Source: a virus
DNA length: 64,000 bases
IMG/VR virus record: IMGVR_UViG_3300006341_000010
Coordinates: 2,407-66,406 of that record
Direction: 5' to 3' (one strand)
Shown: in pieces, positions 20,143-30,550 of the stretch
How positions within the stretch are numbered: the first letter of the stretch is position 1
Layout of the letters: each line of letters starts with the position of its first letter
Program-made: the position numbers and the translations under genes
Notes under the pieces: generated by a model
Databases searched by the model: none
Told to the model about the DNA's origin: nothing
The model's input: the letters and a program-made list of their open reading frames with translations, nothing else

Positions 20143-21765
20143 TTAAATTCTTCCTCCTGTTATGAAATATAAATCAAACCCTTGAATACTAAAAGGGTCA
20201 TTGTGTTTACCTGAAGGGAATATCCTGAGTGCAGCAGTTTTCCCTGATCCTTCAGTTAACGTAGATACTACCGGATTCCGTGTCGAACCAAACTTAACAT
20301 TATTAGTATTATATCTTGCTTGTCTATAAACAGCAGGGGTTGCTATGTCTCCTGAGTTATACGGAAGGGGCTGATAGGCCTGAGGGCTCTCGTAGTCATA
20401 CTTAACTTGGATGTTAAAGTTAGTCTCACCTTCGGGCTTTAGGTACGTTATGATCTTATGTAAGTTCTTCCTAAATGCTGCATCACCCATATCGAAGTAA
20501 GGGGTTTGGAATAGGAAGGGGATCTCTCTCCCATCAAAGTCACCACCCTCATTGTGAAAGTAAATACCTCCAGTGAAGTTACCTGATACAGTCCTCTCTA
20601 CTCCCTTGTAATATCCGTTATCAATAGCAGATACTTCAAGTCCCCTGAGCTCTGAGAACTGAGGCATGATACCACCTTCCTCATAACCTAGATACATAAT
20701 GAAACCATATGTCGGTAAGTTAACATCGGGCTTAGCTTTCATAAACAATCTATATTGGGAACTATTCCTTATGACTACTGATCTTATATCATAACCATCA
20801 TGGTTCCTTACGATCTCTCGGATCTTGGAGTTGATGTCTGATGATAAGATATTGATATTGATGTCACCTATCCTTTGAGTTGCTGATAGAGTCCTTAGGC
20901 CATCAGGCGCTAGGAACACTAAGTCACCACCAATCTCTTGAATAGAGTTACCATCAACACAGCCTATCCTTTCAGTTACCTGTTCCCTTAGTGGGTTACC
21001 TGATTCTATCCCCGTGACCTTGTGGATAGTGTCTCGGCAGAATACATATAAGGTTCCCCTGAACATCTTTATCCCTACTACTTCATCATTGAATCCTATA
21101 GCACCAGCATTAGCTCCTTCGAAGTTATCGGGCTTTAAGATGTCAGAGTAGTAGATCTCAGTAGGTGCATCTCTCATCCCTGCAATAACAAACTGATCTT
21201 TAAACTTCTCACAATACTTAGCACCTATCATTGTCCCTGTTTCTAAGTTCAGTTCCTTATATAAGAACTTAGCATTGTCCATTGAGTCTCCAGTCACTAC
21301 AGCATAGAAAGGTTTACAGTTATCAGATACACCACATATAATTTTCTTAGTACCTTGATTGAATACCCTAAACTGATAGTGACCTGAGTTCTCCCTAGGG
21401 ATTATAGGGGCTATGTTTAATTCATTCAATGTAATACCATCTGGTTCATTAACATAGTCAATAGATCTATTCAACAAAGCAAACTCAATACCATCGAAGG
21501 TGAAGTATAAGTTAGATGACTTACCAATAAGGAAGCCATCATTATAGATCTTTAACCCATCAATAGAACTAGCACCACCAGCAGGGACTTCACCATTACC
21601 TAGCTTTGTGTAACCGCTAATCCTACGGTAACCGCCATCTACTGCTGGTTCAAAGTTAACTAGCTCAACAGCCCACCCCGGTTTCTTAAGTAACTCTTGG
21701 GTGTTTGATGTTAAGTCTAATCCACCACGACAGGAGATAGGGAATGTTTGTTCCTTTATCGCCAT
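20143..21765 (-). CDS. Tail nozzle (tail tubular protein B / P22 gp10-like)
   Basis: 540 aa beta-propeller-like; GGLDL...NFEP...GGYRRI; SIQEIGGDLVFLAPDGLR; follows adaptor. Confidence 0.75.
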   Translation of the reverse strand: MAIKEQTFPISCRGGLDLTSNTQELLKKPGWAVELVNFEPAVDGGYRRISGYTKLGNGEVPAGGASSIDGLKIYNDGFLIGKSSNLYFTFDGIEFALLNRSIDYVNEPDGITLNELNIAPIIPRENSGHYQFRVFNQGTKKIICGVSDNCKPFYAVVTGDSMDNAKFLYKELNLETGTMIGAKYCEKFKDQFVIAGMRDAPTEIYYSDILKPDNFEGANAGAIGFNDEVVGIKMFRGTLYVFCRDTIHKVTGIESGNPLREQVTERIGCVDGNSIQEIGGDLVFLAPDGLRTLSATQRIGDININILSSDINSKIREIVRNHDGYDIRSVVIRNSSQYRLFMKAKPDVNLPTYGFIMYLGYEEGGIMPQFSELRGLEVSAIDNGYYKGVERTVSGNFTGGIYFHNEGGDFDGREIPFLFQTPYFDMGDAAFRKNLHKIITYLKPEGETNFNIQVKYDYESPQAYQPLPYNSGDIATPAVYRQARYNTNNVKFGSTRNPVVSTLTEGSGKTAALRIFPSGKHNDPFSIQGFDLYFITGGRI

Positions 21766-22466
21766 CTTAACCTCTGTATAGATTGATTACCATATACCCT
21801 CTTCATATCCTTAACTCCCCTTTCGAACTTTTGGAAGCTGAAGGTAGCTTGGTCAATGTTCTCTCTGAATCTCCATACATAATGACTAGCACCATCAACT
21901 AATACATTAGAGAACTGCTCAGGTAAAGGGACTACAGTAACAGCAGATGTAAACCTAGCTGGTCTTTCCCATGCTCTATAGTTAATGTTGTATGTCTTAT
22001 CACTAGGTACTGGGTGTATCCCTATAGACCTACCATCTGCTGATTGATATATTAAACTAGGTTCACCTTTAAGACCTTCGGTAGATCTCCTTTCTAAATA
22101 GTCTTGGTACTCAGGCCAACTTAAGATCCCTATGTCTAAACGGTTACCTGCTTCATCTGTTAGGTAGATATTATCCCAATCTACTAAGTCTTTATATGGA
22201 TCTGTAAGAGGGATCTCATATAGTTCTTGATCAAAGATAGTAGGTAGTTTATTAATACCTGATAAGATAGCTTGTGTTTGCTGTTGATCTTGTGCCTGTA
22301 ACCAAGGCCACTTAGCCTCAGGGGTATTAACTATATCTAGGTAAGCTCGGTTGACTGCATTCTTTGCATAGAGGTGTAACCCTCGGGCTGAGTCTAGCTG
22401 GCTGGATGTAAGAGGAACTTCATTAACTTCATTTAATACTAAGTTAACATAATCTAAGAATGTCAT
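21756..22466 (-). CDS. Head-tail adaptor (tail tubular protein A)
   Basis: 236 aa; MTFLDYVNLVLNEVNEV...AKNAVNRA; directly after capsid. Confidence 0.75.
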   Translation of the reverse strand: MTFLDYVNLVLNEVNEVPLTSSQLDSARGLHLYAKNAVNRAYLDIVNTPEAKWPWLQAQDQQQTQAILSGINKLPTIFDQELYEIPLTDPYKDLVDWDNIYLTDEAGNRLDIGILSWPEYQDYLERRSTEGLKGEPSLIYQSADGRSIGIHPVPSDKTYNINYRAWERPARFTSAVTVVPLPEQFSNVLVDGASHYVWRFRENIDQATFSFQKFERGVKDMKRVYGNQSIQRLRWR

Positions 22467-22485
22467 TTATCCTCCTTTAGATAAC

Positions 22486-22515
22486 AAAAAGGGCCTAGGG
22501 AAATCCCTAAGCCCT
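22486..22515 (-). terminator. Rho-independent terminator after major capsid gene
   Basis: On - strand: AGGGCTTAGGG-ATTT-CCCTAGGCCCT-TTTT. Confidence 0.85.
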
Positions 22516-22538
22516 AAAGGTTTTAGCTATTAACTATA

Positions 22539-23633
22539 TTAAGCTACAGCTTCAAATGCTACGTAACCACCTACTAATGCATCTTCACGTACCATAGCAC
22601 GACCGAATACATGTAAGCCACGAACTACATCAGCGAATGTCTTCTGTGAACGATACTTCTCAGTCTTAACGATTGAGTTAGCAGTAGCAACAGCAGACTT
22701 ATGACCAGCGATCAAGAAGTGTGTTGCATCGCCAGCACTAGCAGCAGTAAGCTTAGGAGCGTTGTTAGTCTTATAGACCTTGAAGCCGCGAATGTCTTCA
22801 GCTACTAAACCATTACGTAGAGTGTTTGGACCTGAACCGTAGTCCATGTTCATTAACTTAGAATCTACGCGAGATAGTTGCTCAACGAACTCAGGTGGAA
22901 CAACAATGTAACGACCTTCTTCTGGTACGTCTAGCTTATCTAGGTATAGAGCAAGCTGTGACATATAGTTAAGCGGATCAATAGTACCTGAAGTACCTTT
23001 AACACCTAGTTTATAAGTGTTAGCTGCTTTAACTAATTCAGTCTCTACCTTAGCAGCAGTATCCGCTGAAGCTAATGCTGTAGGCTGTGCTACTTTACGG
23101 ACTAAGATACCATTGTAAGCTGCACTAGATGCTCGGTTATCCGACTGGATCTTAAGCATTGTATCTTTGAAGTAAGTCAATACGTTTACATCATATGCCA
23201 TCTTCATGTTGTATGTAGCTGCATTAGATGCTAACTGTTCCCAGTTTACGTGAGCTAGCTTAGTTTCAATGTCATCAATCTGGAATTGGAACTTGTAAGC
23301 TTGGTCAAGTACTAGCGTGTGTTCGCTATCTTGGAAATCAGTTGAAGTAATTTCTTCACCACGAGAGTAGCTTGAGATAGCAATCTGTGGTTCTTTGATG
23401 ATTCGAACAGAGTCACCGAAGTTAGAAATCTCACCGAAGTAATCAGTGTTGGTAATTGCTTCTGCTACTGACTCACGACGGAATCGCATAAGTACTGTCT
23501 TCGAAAAGATCTCTGGTACCCATACTGGATCAGTACCATTGCCCGCAGGGCCTTTAAGATCTGTAGTACTTGAACCGTAAAAATGACTCTGAGTTGCCGT
23601 TTGAGTTGGAAGCGAACCGTATAAACCTGCCAT
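22539..23633 (-). CDS. Major capsid protein (HK97 fold)
   Basis: WVPEIFSK...ITNTDYFGEI...GDSVRIIKEP; FADVVRGLHVFG; highly biased codons. Confidence 0.92.
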   Translation of the reverse strand: MAGLYGSLPTQTATQSHFYGSSTTDLKGPAGNGTDPVWVPEIFSKTVLMRFRRESVAEAITNTDYFGEISNFGDSVRIIKEPQIAISSYSRGEEITSTDFQDSEHTLVLDQAYKFQFQIDDIETKLAHVNWEQLASNAATYNMKMAYDVNVLTYFKDTMLKIQSDNRASSAAYNGILVRKVAQPTALASADTAAKVETELVKAANTYKLGVKGTSGTIDPLNYMSQLALYLDKLDVPEEGRYIVVPPEFVEQLSRVDSKLMNMDYGSGPNTLRNGLVAEDIRGFKVYKTNNAPKLTAASAGDATHFLIAGHKSAVATANSIVKTEKYRSQKTFADVVRGLHVFGRAMVREDALVGGYVAFEAVA

Positions 23634-23659
23634 ATTATAAATCTCCTTTATTTATTTAG

Positions 23660-24379
23660 TTATCGTACCATGCCAGCAGCATATGCTTTCATGATATCAT
23701 CATAATTAGCCTCATATTCAGCAGTACTCATCTTTTCGATTTGTTCTCGTGAGTATGCTTTAATGCCTTCAGTACCTGTAGGCGTTGGGGCTCCGCTATT
23801 AACATTAACTGCCTGTGCTGCGGGATCTACAGTAGGCTGGGCTGTAATAGGTTGTTGTTGTTGAGCTTGGGTTGCCAAGAAGTTCTTATAGAACGTTAGG
23901 GCCCTGATAGGTTTGCTTGGATCTAGTTCCTCAGCTAACCAACTTGATAAACCTTCTGCTTCTGCCCAAGCTTTAAAGTTATCATCATTAGCATACTGAA
24001 CGAAATCTGGATGTGCTTTCTGCAATTCCGCAACAGCAGCTTGGCGTTTAGCTTCGTGTAGTTCTGTCTGTAAAGGTTTGATTTGATCTTGAACCATCAT
24101 GTGTGCAACGGTCTCGATAGTACCGAAGTGTTCTGGGTTACGAGCTTTGAAGTCTTCAAGTTCTTCTTTAGTTCGTGGTAAGACAAATTCACCAGTCTTA
24201 GACTTAAGGTCACTTAGCTGTCGCTCTAAGTTGTTACGGGTCTTATCATGGTAGGACTGTAGGTCCTTGTAACGTTTCTCCCAATCTACATTAGGGGTAT
24301 CCTGAATAGGGGCCTGTGCGTTAGGATCTTGAACACCAGTGTCTACGTTTGTAGGTTGGCCTTGGTTAAGTAAACTCAT
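23660..24379 (-). CDS. Capsid scaffolding protein
   Basis: WEKRYKDLQS coiled coil, AHPDF, C-terminal MSTAEYEANYDDIMKAY. Confidence 0.85.
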   Translation of the reverse strand: MSLLNQGQPTNVDTGVQDPNAQAPIQDTPNVDWEKRYKDLQSYHDKTRNNLERQLSDLKSKTGEFVLPRTKEELEDFKARNPEHFGTIETVAHMMVQDQIKPLQTELHEAKRQAAVAELQKAHPDFVQYANDDNFKAWAEAEGLSSWLAEELDPSKPIRALTFYKNFLATQAQQQQPITAQPTVDPAAQAVNVNSGAPTPTGTEGIKAYSREQIEKMSTAEYEANYDDIMKAYAAGMVR

Positions 24380-24421
24380 AAAATAATTTCTCCTTATAAA
24401 TAGTTCCCACTATGGGGTGTA

Positions 24422-24634
24422 CTATAGTTTCCTGATTTGTTCTGGTAAGTCTTTTAATTGAGTGATTAACTCTAACTTACCTTGAATCATATTGATAGAT
24501 CGAATGTCCCTTGAAGTCTTGAGACATTCTATTGTTTCATCTTCGATGAATTCGATGTAGTCTAATAACCTAGACCACTTAGCGTCATCGACCACTAAGA
24601 TCGACAAGCGCTTAATTAATTCTTGTTTAGTCAT
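24422..24634 (-). CDS. Small conserved protein between portal and scaffold
   Basis: 70 aa, ...MIQGKLELITQLKDLPE. Confidence 0.7.
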   Translation of the reverse strand: MTKQELIKRLSILVVDDAKWSRLLDYIEFIEDETIECLKTSRDIRSINMIQGKLELITQLKDLPEQIRKL

Positions 24635-24653
24635 ATATACCTCTTAATATAAA

Positions 24654-26696
24654 TTAAATTTGAGGAGGTTGTTCTCCTGTGACTCCCTCGGAATTACCAG
24701 CTCCTGCGGTATTCCCTGTAAATCCTTGTTCACCTGCCATAGGTGCTTCAGGTCCTTGAGGGTTTGGCGCTTGGCCTCCAGCTTGTTGTCCCATGGTTGC
24801 CTGTAGCTGAGCATAAGCCATAGCTTCTTCAGGGCTGTTAAGTATCTCCTCCGGTGAGATCTCCATTTGGACTGCTAGGTCCTTCACGATTGTTTGTAGG
24901 CGAATGAACGGGGCCAGTGCAGGGTTTGTGCTTAATTGTAAGAATGTCTGTAATTTAGCAGCCTTCCGTTCCTTAGAGATTAGGTTATGAGAACCTAGAG
25001 CTTTAACTTCTAAGTCACCTTTGATCTCAGGGAATTCCTTAGTCTTGAACTGCATGTTCCATTGGAAGTATGCCTGACCAATTGGCTTTAACAGGTGGTC
25101 ATCAATATTCCTAATTACATTCTTAATTGACATTGAAGCTGAGTCCATTAACATAGCTAAACCACTTGATGTCCTGCCTGTACCTGATACACCAGTTTGT
25201 CCATGTAAGATAGATTGAATACCTGTAGCTTCATCTGTCATCTGCCTGAACTGAGAGAACATCTGCATATTCTGTTGTGATACGTTAGGGATGTTGATAG
25301 CATTAACTGCTTGTCCCTGTGCACCAGCTTGTCGTTCAAAGATCTTACCGGGATATACTGTCATATCTTCGTTAGCTCGTAAGGCAGAGGTATCTACATC
25401 TAAGATAACATTACCAGATAGCATAGCATTCTCTACTGCTAGCCTAGCCATCCCATTCATTAATACTTGTAAGTCTTCCATTAGTTCTGGTACACCTACA
25501 CCGTATATTGAATATGGGTCTTGTTCATATGGGAATATAAAGTAAGGGATCCTTGAAGGTTGGAATGGATTGACATTAACCCTTAAGATCTCATCACCAC
25601 ATACCCATGCATTAACTTGAACAGTGTTCATTGTAAAGTCTGGGATATCTAAACCAAATTCTTCCCTAGCCATCTTAGCATCCATGTAACCCCAATACTC
25701 TAATACCTCATACAACTCATGCTCGTTCTCATAGTTTGCATCTGGACGTAGAGAAGTCTCAAAGGACCTAAGGGTGTAGTTACCAGACTCATAGCATAGT
25801 TTCTCAATTGCCATAACATTAAAGCCCGGCATGTTAGATAGGTTTCTAAGTTGACTCTTATTGAAACGATGACGTTCAACTATATAACTAATATCTTCCT
25901 GACAGAAAGCATTAGGGTCAATATATAAATCCCACATAGATACAAAGTCTAAGCGGGGTTTAAGTTTATATTCTGTAACAGGGCCTTGGTTGCCATAGGT
26001 TACTACAGGGCTATTCTCTGTGAAGGGTCCTTTCATTGCACCAGTACCTAGCATACATGCTTCATAGATAGCTTTCCTTAATGCAGTCTTAGCTTTAGTT
26101 TCCTCTAACTGATCGAAGATAGTCTTCTCCATCATCCTAGCTGCTTGCTTAGCTGGCTGTAACTGAGTACCTTGTCCTGTTATATCAATCCCTTCTTCGA
26201 ACATCTCAGGATTTAACTTCTTAGAATAAGCTTCACCTAATACATCTTGCATGTCAGCTTGTGTAGTACCCGGTGCTAGTTCTGCACCATCACCTTCATA
26301 GCCTACATCCAAAGGATTCTGAGGACCTGCTGCTTCTTGTTGCTCTTGTTTAATGTGAGCAAACTCTGCAATACCATCAGGCCTTGTAGTCGCTTGGATC
26401 GAAAGGGGGAAGTTATCATTACCTAGTAAAGCTTCTGATACTTGAGAGTATGCTGCCTTAGTCTTAGTAGATGTAGTCCTTACATAGATTGATTTTAATT
26501 CTGAATCAGGACGTAAGCCTGACCCTTTATCTTCCCCTCGCATAGCTTTAACATTATCTAGCCATTGATTTTGTTTTGTATTCCTTGATCTATCAGCTTC
26601 TTCTAACTTATCTTTAATGAAAGCAACCAGTGGATTCACTGGCTGTCCTTCGAGTTCTTGTTCTAATAGATCTTTTTCTTTCTTATCTTCTAACAT
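24654..26696 (-). CDS. Portal protein
   Basis: LGTGAMKGPF, WDLYIDP, YGVGVPELM motifs; start moved to ATG 26696 behind AAGGAG SD. Confidence 0.9.
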   Translation of the reverse strand: MLEDKKEKDLLEQELEGQPVNPLVAFIKDKLEEADRSRNTKQNQWLDNVKAMRGEDKGSGLRPDSELKSIYVRTTSTKTKAAYSQVSEALLGNDNFPLSIQATTRPDGIAEFAHIKQEQQEAAGPQNPLDVGYEGDGAELAPGTTQADMQDVLGEAYSKKLNPEMFEEGIDITGQGTQLQPAKQAARMMEKTIFDQLEETKAKTALRKAIYEACMLGTGAMKGPFTENSPVVTYGNQGPVTEYKLKPRLDFVSMWDLYIDPNAFCQEDISYIVERHRFNKSQLRNLSNMPGFNVMAIEKLCYESGNYTLRSFETSLRPDANYENEHELYEVLEYWGYMDAKMAREEFGLDIPDFTMNTVQVNAWVCGDEILRVNVNPFQPSRIPYFIFPYEQDPYSIYGVGVPELMEDLQVLMNGMARLAVENAMLSGNVILDVDTSALRANEDMTVYPGKIFERQAGAQGQAVNAINIPNVSQQNMQMFSQFRQMTDEATGIQSILHGQTGVSGTGRTSSGLAMLMDSASMSIKNVIRNIDDHLLKPIGQAYFQWNMQFKTKEFPEIKGDLEVKALGSHNLISKERKAAKLQTFLQLSTNPALAPFIRLQTIVKDLAVQMEISPEEILNSPEEAMAYAQLQATMGQQAGGQAPNPQGPEAPMAGEQGFTGNTAGAGNSEGVTGEQPPQI

Positions 26697-26704
26697 ATGT
26701 CTCC

Positions 26705-28705
26705 TTAACTGAAGTAACCGTTGTATCTCTCCCAAGCTTTAGTCTTCTTCACGTTGTTCATCAAGAAGTCTTGTGTCACCGTTTGAGGTCTAGCCATACA
26801 AAGGTATCTCAATGTATCTAAAAGATCCCAGTGGTGCCTACGGCCTAGAGAGAACATCCTAGTATCATCAATATCGTTAGGGCTATTCTCTTTTGCTTGA
26901 GCTGTTTTAAGTTGGTCTATTAATTTTGTACAGGAGCTATGAACGTAGATCATTGGAGCTCCGTGCAAACCATCTAAAAGTCTCTGGTTCACTTGTTCCC
27001 ACCCAGCTTCCCTGTTCCTATCAGCAGGTCGTAAGCGGAAGCCTAGTTTCTGCATAGTCTCAAGGTTTGAAGGGCCTGTATGTCCTGTCATCTTAAAGGC
27101 TGACCAGTCCATAACCCTATCTGTAATAGGAGTATAAACTTCTTTCTGTTCTAACTCTACAATCTTCTGGCCCCATTGCATTACAGTCTTCTGGATCATC
27201 TCCAACTCCCTGTAGATATGGAAGGCCCCTGTGTCTGGATCAATAGCAGCCCATAAACATGTAGCTGGATCGTTCCATCCGTAGTCCATTGAAGTAATAA
27301 CAGGCCAGTGTAAGGGAGGAAGTTCCTCTGTCACATGCTTATCTACTTCGAATCCAAAGAATCCATCCTCTACTGTGTCCCAATCACCATACAATAACTG
27401 TCTCATCTTAGTTTCTGGTAGCTGACGTAGGATCTTTTCGTACTCACCGTCCTCTGAGAGGTAAGGGTTGTCGAACATCGTAGCAGGGATGAACTTATAA
27501 GTAATATCATCTACTTTAAATGGTTTATTGTAGGGAGCTGGGTCGATAAAGCGTTGTTTAACCCATGGAGCACCGCCGGGGTTACCAGTACATCGGATAT
27601 AACAGGTGATCTCTGGGTCTGTAGTCCTTAATCGGGAGAATAAGAAGTCAAATGCTTCTGGTGAACGTTGTAATTGGATCTCATCCCACCCAATGTAGGA
27701 ATATGGTAGACCAATGTAGCGTTCTTTATCATCTGGCTTGTCCATGTAACCAAATTCTAAGGTAGCTCCACTAGGGAAAGACCATATCATCTTTGATTCA
27801 TTGAACTTAGCTCCCGGGAAAGCTTTGGGGTAAAGGTTCTTAGTAACAGATATTAGTTCTTTAAGCTCTGAGTTCCTCCGTCGAATGATCAAGCTCCTCA
27901 TTGCTGCTCTATGAGCGAAGCGAACTGCATCAATAACAAGAGCATATGACTTACCACCACCTGCTGCACCACCATATAAGACTACTTTCTCGGGAGCTGC
28001 GAGGAATTCTGCCTGTTTAGGTGTAGGCTTAAAGAGGATTTGGTCTTCAGGGACCTCAGGTTCCTCAAAGTCTGCCTCCTTGGAGTTAGTTTTTGCTTTA
28101 GCGATTAACTCATCAAGGCCATTATTAACAGGTTTATCTAATTCCTTAGCTGTTAACATCCCTTCCTTAGCGTTCTTAACGATCTTCTTCTTTTCTTTAG
28201 CTTCTTCTTTCTGTAATTTCTTTATCTTAGCCCTACGTTCCTTCTGGATCTGGTTGTCCCTTTGGGCTTCCCTTCGTTGTCTCTTGACTTTCCGTTCCTC
28301 AGTAGCATTCTTAACCTTAGCTTTGACTGTCTTCGGTAGGGGCTTAAGGAACCCAAGGTCTTCCTCTAGCCTATCCAAAGCATTAACTACTGATTGTTGT
28401 GATCTAATGTCAATACCATAGCTTTTGAATACATTCATTGCTTCCCTGTATGACATATTCCCTTTAAACCTTATCCTATCTAAACAACTAATCATAGGGA
28501 TCAATTGTTCCGCTACTGGTCGTGCTTCATGGACTCCATCAATCTTGGTGTATCCTAATGACACTGAACCGGTAGCTCGCTTATTCTTAGTAAACAACTC
28601 AATAGCTGCTTCATTAAGTTCTGGATTAAGCTCTAACCACTCCTTCAGGGTAAATGGATCAATAGGTACTTGATGCTCACTGCCGTCGGGTAATAATACT
28701 TTCAT
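26705..28705 (-). CDS. terL: Terminase large subunit with ~220-aa N-terminal extension
   Basis: PTPKQAEFL, YGGAAGGGKS Walker A, IGWDEI Walker B, CTGNPGG, MDYGWND nuclease, DLLDTLRY. Confidence 0.93.
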   Translation of the reverse strand: MKVLLPDGSEHQVPIDPFTLKEWLELNPELNEAAIELFTKNKRATGSVSLGYTKIDGVHEARPVAEQLIPMISCLDRIRFKGNMSYREAMNVFKSYGIDIRSQQSVVNALDRLEEDLGFLKPLPKTVKAKVKNATEERKVKRQRREAQRDNQIQKERRAKIKKLQKEEAKEKKKIVKNAKEGMLTAKELDKPVNNGLDELIAKAKTNSKEADFEEPEVPEDQILFKPTPKQAEFLAAPEKVVLYGGAAGGGKSYALVIDAVRFAHRAAMRSLIIRRRNSELKELISVTKNLYPKAFPGAKFNESKMIWSFPSGATLEFGYMDKPDDKERYIGLPYSYIGWDEIQLQRSPEAFDFLFSRLRTTDPEITCYIRCTGNPGGAPWVKQRFIDPAPYNKPFKVDDITYKFIPATMFDNPYLSEDGEYEKILRQLPETKMRQLLYGDWDTVEDGFFGFEVDKHVTEELPPLHWPVITSMDYGWNDPATCLWAAIDPDTGAFHIYRELEMIQKTVMQWGQKIVELEQKEVYTPITDRVMDWSAFKMTGHTGPSNLETMQKLGFRLRPADRNREAGWEQVNQRLLDGLHGAPMIYVHSSCTKLIDQLKTAQAKENSPNDIDDTRMFSLGRRHHWDLLDTLRYLCMARPQTVTQDFLMNNVKKTKAWERYNGYFS

Positions 28706-29097
28706 TAACTCTCCTGTTTCTCTACTACAATTGCTTCTGCTTGTTCTTGTTTAACTGGCATAAGGATAACAGGGGTTGCTGTTACCTGTTCAACCTCACG
28801 GTACTTAGCACCTACACCAATCCTATCGAATGCTTCCTTAGCTGCGTTAAGCCTGATCTCACCCTTAGGGGTACTACCATCTTCATCCATAGCGTTTCGT
28901 AAAGTACTCACAGCCTTAGGGGCCAACAGGGATATCTCTGTCTCTGCCATGTCTGCTAATACTGATTTGTTTCTAGCTACTACTTTCCTTACATGTCCTA
29001 CAGACAGTTCGCAGCGTCTAGCTACTTCAGTTATTGAACCTAGTTCATAGATTAGTTCTAAGATTAGTAGGTCCTTTTCATTTACATCTTTAGTCAT
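28705..29097 (-). CDS. Terminase small subunit (putative)
   Basis: N-terminal HTH (SITEVARRCELS), RLNAAKEAFDRIG; directly upstream of terL. Confidence 0.75.
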   Translation of the reverse strand: MTKDVNEKDLLILELIYELGSITEVARRCELSVGHVRKVVARNKSVLADMAETEISLLAPKAVSTLRNAMDEDGSTPKGEIRLNAAKEAFDRIGVGAKYREVEQVTATPVILMPVKQEQAEAIVVEKQES

Positions 29098-29189
29098 TAG
29101 TCTCTCCTTTAGATCTTTAGGACTCTCTAGGCCCTTTGTAAAATATATTAACTTATTACTTATTAATCATAGTAATAATAAATACATAT

Positions 29190-29224
29190 AAAAAAAGGAA
29201 CTCTAGAGTGATCTAAAGTTCCTT
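29190..29224 (-). terminator. Rho-independent terminator after sigma factor gene
   Basis: On - strand: AAGGAACTTTAGA-TCAC-TCTAGAGTTCCTT followed by a T tract. Confidence 0.8.
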
Positions 29225-29276
29225 AAGAACTCCTAAGTTTTTAAAGGAGGAACGAGGTGGCAGTATTAATTTGTGC

Positions 29277-29801
29277 TTAAATAATTTGTTTTTCTTTAAT
29301 TTTGTTTAATATGTTATAGAAAGATCTATGTGGGATACCTAATTCTTCATATATATCTTTACCCTTATCACCCCCTAAGGCCTTAAGGTATATCTCTTTT
29401 TCAACAGGGGTTAGGTATTTAAGATTATCAGTAAGGGATATTAATTTGAACAGGGGATCAGGTTCATTAGGATCATTATCTAAATGTTTATCTACAGTAA
29501 CATCTTCATCTTCATCATAATTATCACTACCTACTACAACGTTTAAATCTAAATCTCTTTGTTTCCTATACTGATCTATACATACAAACCTAATAGCTTT
29601 CCTAATATAAGCTTTATTAACTTTACCTTGATTTGATTTAAATACCTTTAACAGGACTTCTTGAGTAATTTCATTAGCAGTCATTCTATTGTAGTGGTAT
29701 AATATTTTATTAGAATTACTTTCATTGATATATTTTAATACTTCTCTAGTAGTATATTTAACAAGGTCATTATCAAAATTAAATAAATGTTCTTGGTTCA
29801 T
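29277..29801 (-). CDS. ECF-type RNA polymerase sigma factor (probable late sigma)
   Basis: Region 2-like EITQEVLLKVF...AYIRKAIRFVCIDQYRK; region 4-like LTPVEKEIY...G..GKDIYEELGI. Confidence 0.8.
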   Translation of the reverse strand: MNQEHLFNFDNDLVKYTTREVLKYINESNSNKILYHYNRMTANEITQEVLLKVFKSNQGKVNKAYIRKAIRFVCIDQYRKQRDLDLNVVVGSDNYDEDEDVTVDKHLDNDPNEPDPLFKLISLTDNLKYLTPVEKEIYLKALGGDKGKDIYEELGIPHRSFYNILNKIKEKQII

Positions 29802-29840
29802 GTTGTTAAGTTCTCCTTAATTACTTTAAGATATCTATAT

Positions 29841-29869
29841 ATTATAGCATACTTTTAATGATTTGTCAA
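29841..29869 (-). promoter_or_regulatory. Consensus sigma70 promoter of sigma factor gene
   Basis: On - strand: TTGACA, 17 bp, TGc-TATAAT. Confidence 0.85.
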
Positions 29870-29939
29870 GGATTATTTTAAATAAATCACTAAGAACTGT
29901 TATATAGATCTCTTACTCCCTGTTTATTACCCTTAGAGT

Positions 29940-30050
29940 CTTACAGTACTTACAGTAGAGATACAAGTACTACAAGGACTACAAGGTAACTACAGGGACT
30001 ACAAGGTAACTACAGGGTAACCACAGGGTAACCACAGGGCCTAAGGGGAT
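29940..30050. repeat. Short tandem repeat array (CTACAAGG / TAACTACAGGG / TAACCACAGGG units)
   Basis: tacaaggactacaaggtaactacagggactacaaggtaactacagggtaaccacagggtaaccacaggg. Confidence 0.85.
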
Positions 30051-30189
30051 AGTGTAAGCAGTCAGTAGTGATCTAAGTTGGACACCATATGAAATCTTAT
30101 AAAATTTATATGTCCCTGTTAAACTGCATGGGGACCCCTACTGTCCCTTTAGACCCCTAAGCATCTCTAAGCCCACAAGTCTGTATGTA

Positions 30190-30550
30190 TAAGCGTCTAG
30201 CGTTGTAGACACTTAGACGTCTATCTATCTAAGCATCTAGCGTTGTAGATACTTATCCATCCATCACCTAGAGATCTACAAGGCTACAAGGCTACAAGGC
30301 TATAGGGCTATAGGTCTACAAGGCTAGACTGATAGACTGATAGACTTATAGACTTATAGACGTCTACAAGGCTTTAAGGGTAGACAGCTAGCCGCTTAAA
30401 GGGCCTTAGGGCTATCCTCCTAGCCTTAAAGCCCTCCAGCCCTCTAGCCCTCCAAGTATCTATAAGTCTCTACCTCTAGCCCTCCAGCCCTCTAGCCATC
30501 TACAAGGCTCTAAGGCTCTAAGAGCCCACAAGAGGTCTAGGGGCTATAAG
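30190..30550. repeat. Second short-repeat array (CTACAAG, ATAGACT, CCCTCCAGCCCTCTAG, TCTAGCGTTGTAGA units)
   Basis: ctacaaggctacaaggctacaagg; gactgatagactgatagacttatagacttatagac; gccctccagccctctagcc twice; tctagcgttgtaga twice. Confidence 0.85.

Noticed and set aside
26697-26735. Portal start at 26735 as in the ORF track
   Set aside because: Overlaps the terL end; the AAGGAG SD supports ATG 26696
1815-28673. Numerous short + strand ORFs inside structural genes
   Set aside because: Shadow ORFs antisense to long, well-supported genes
29940-30550. CRISPR array
   Set aside because: Units are 7-16 nt, degenerate and contiguous, with no unique spacers and no cas genes
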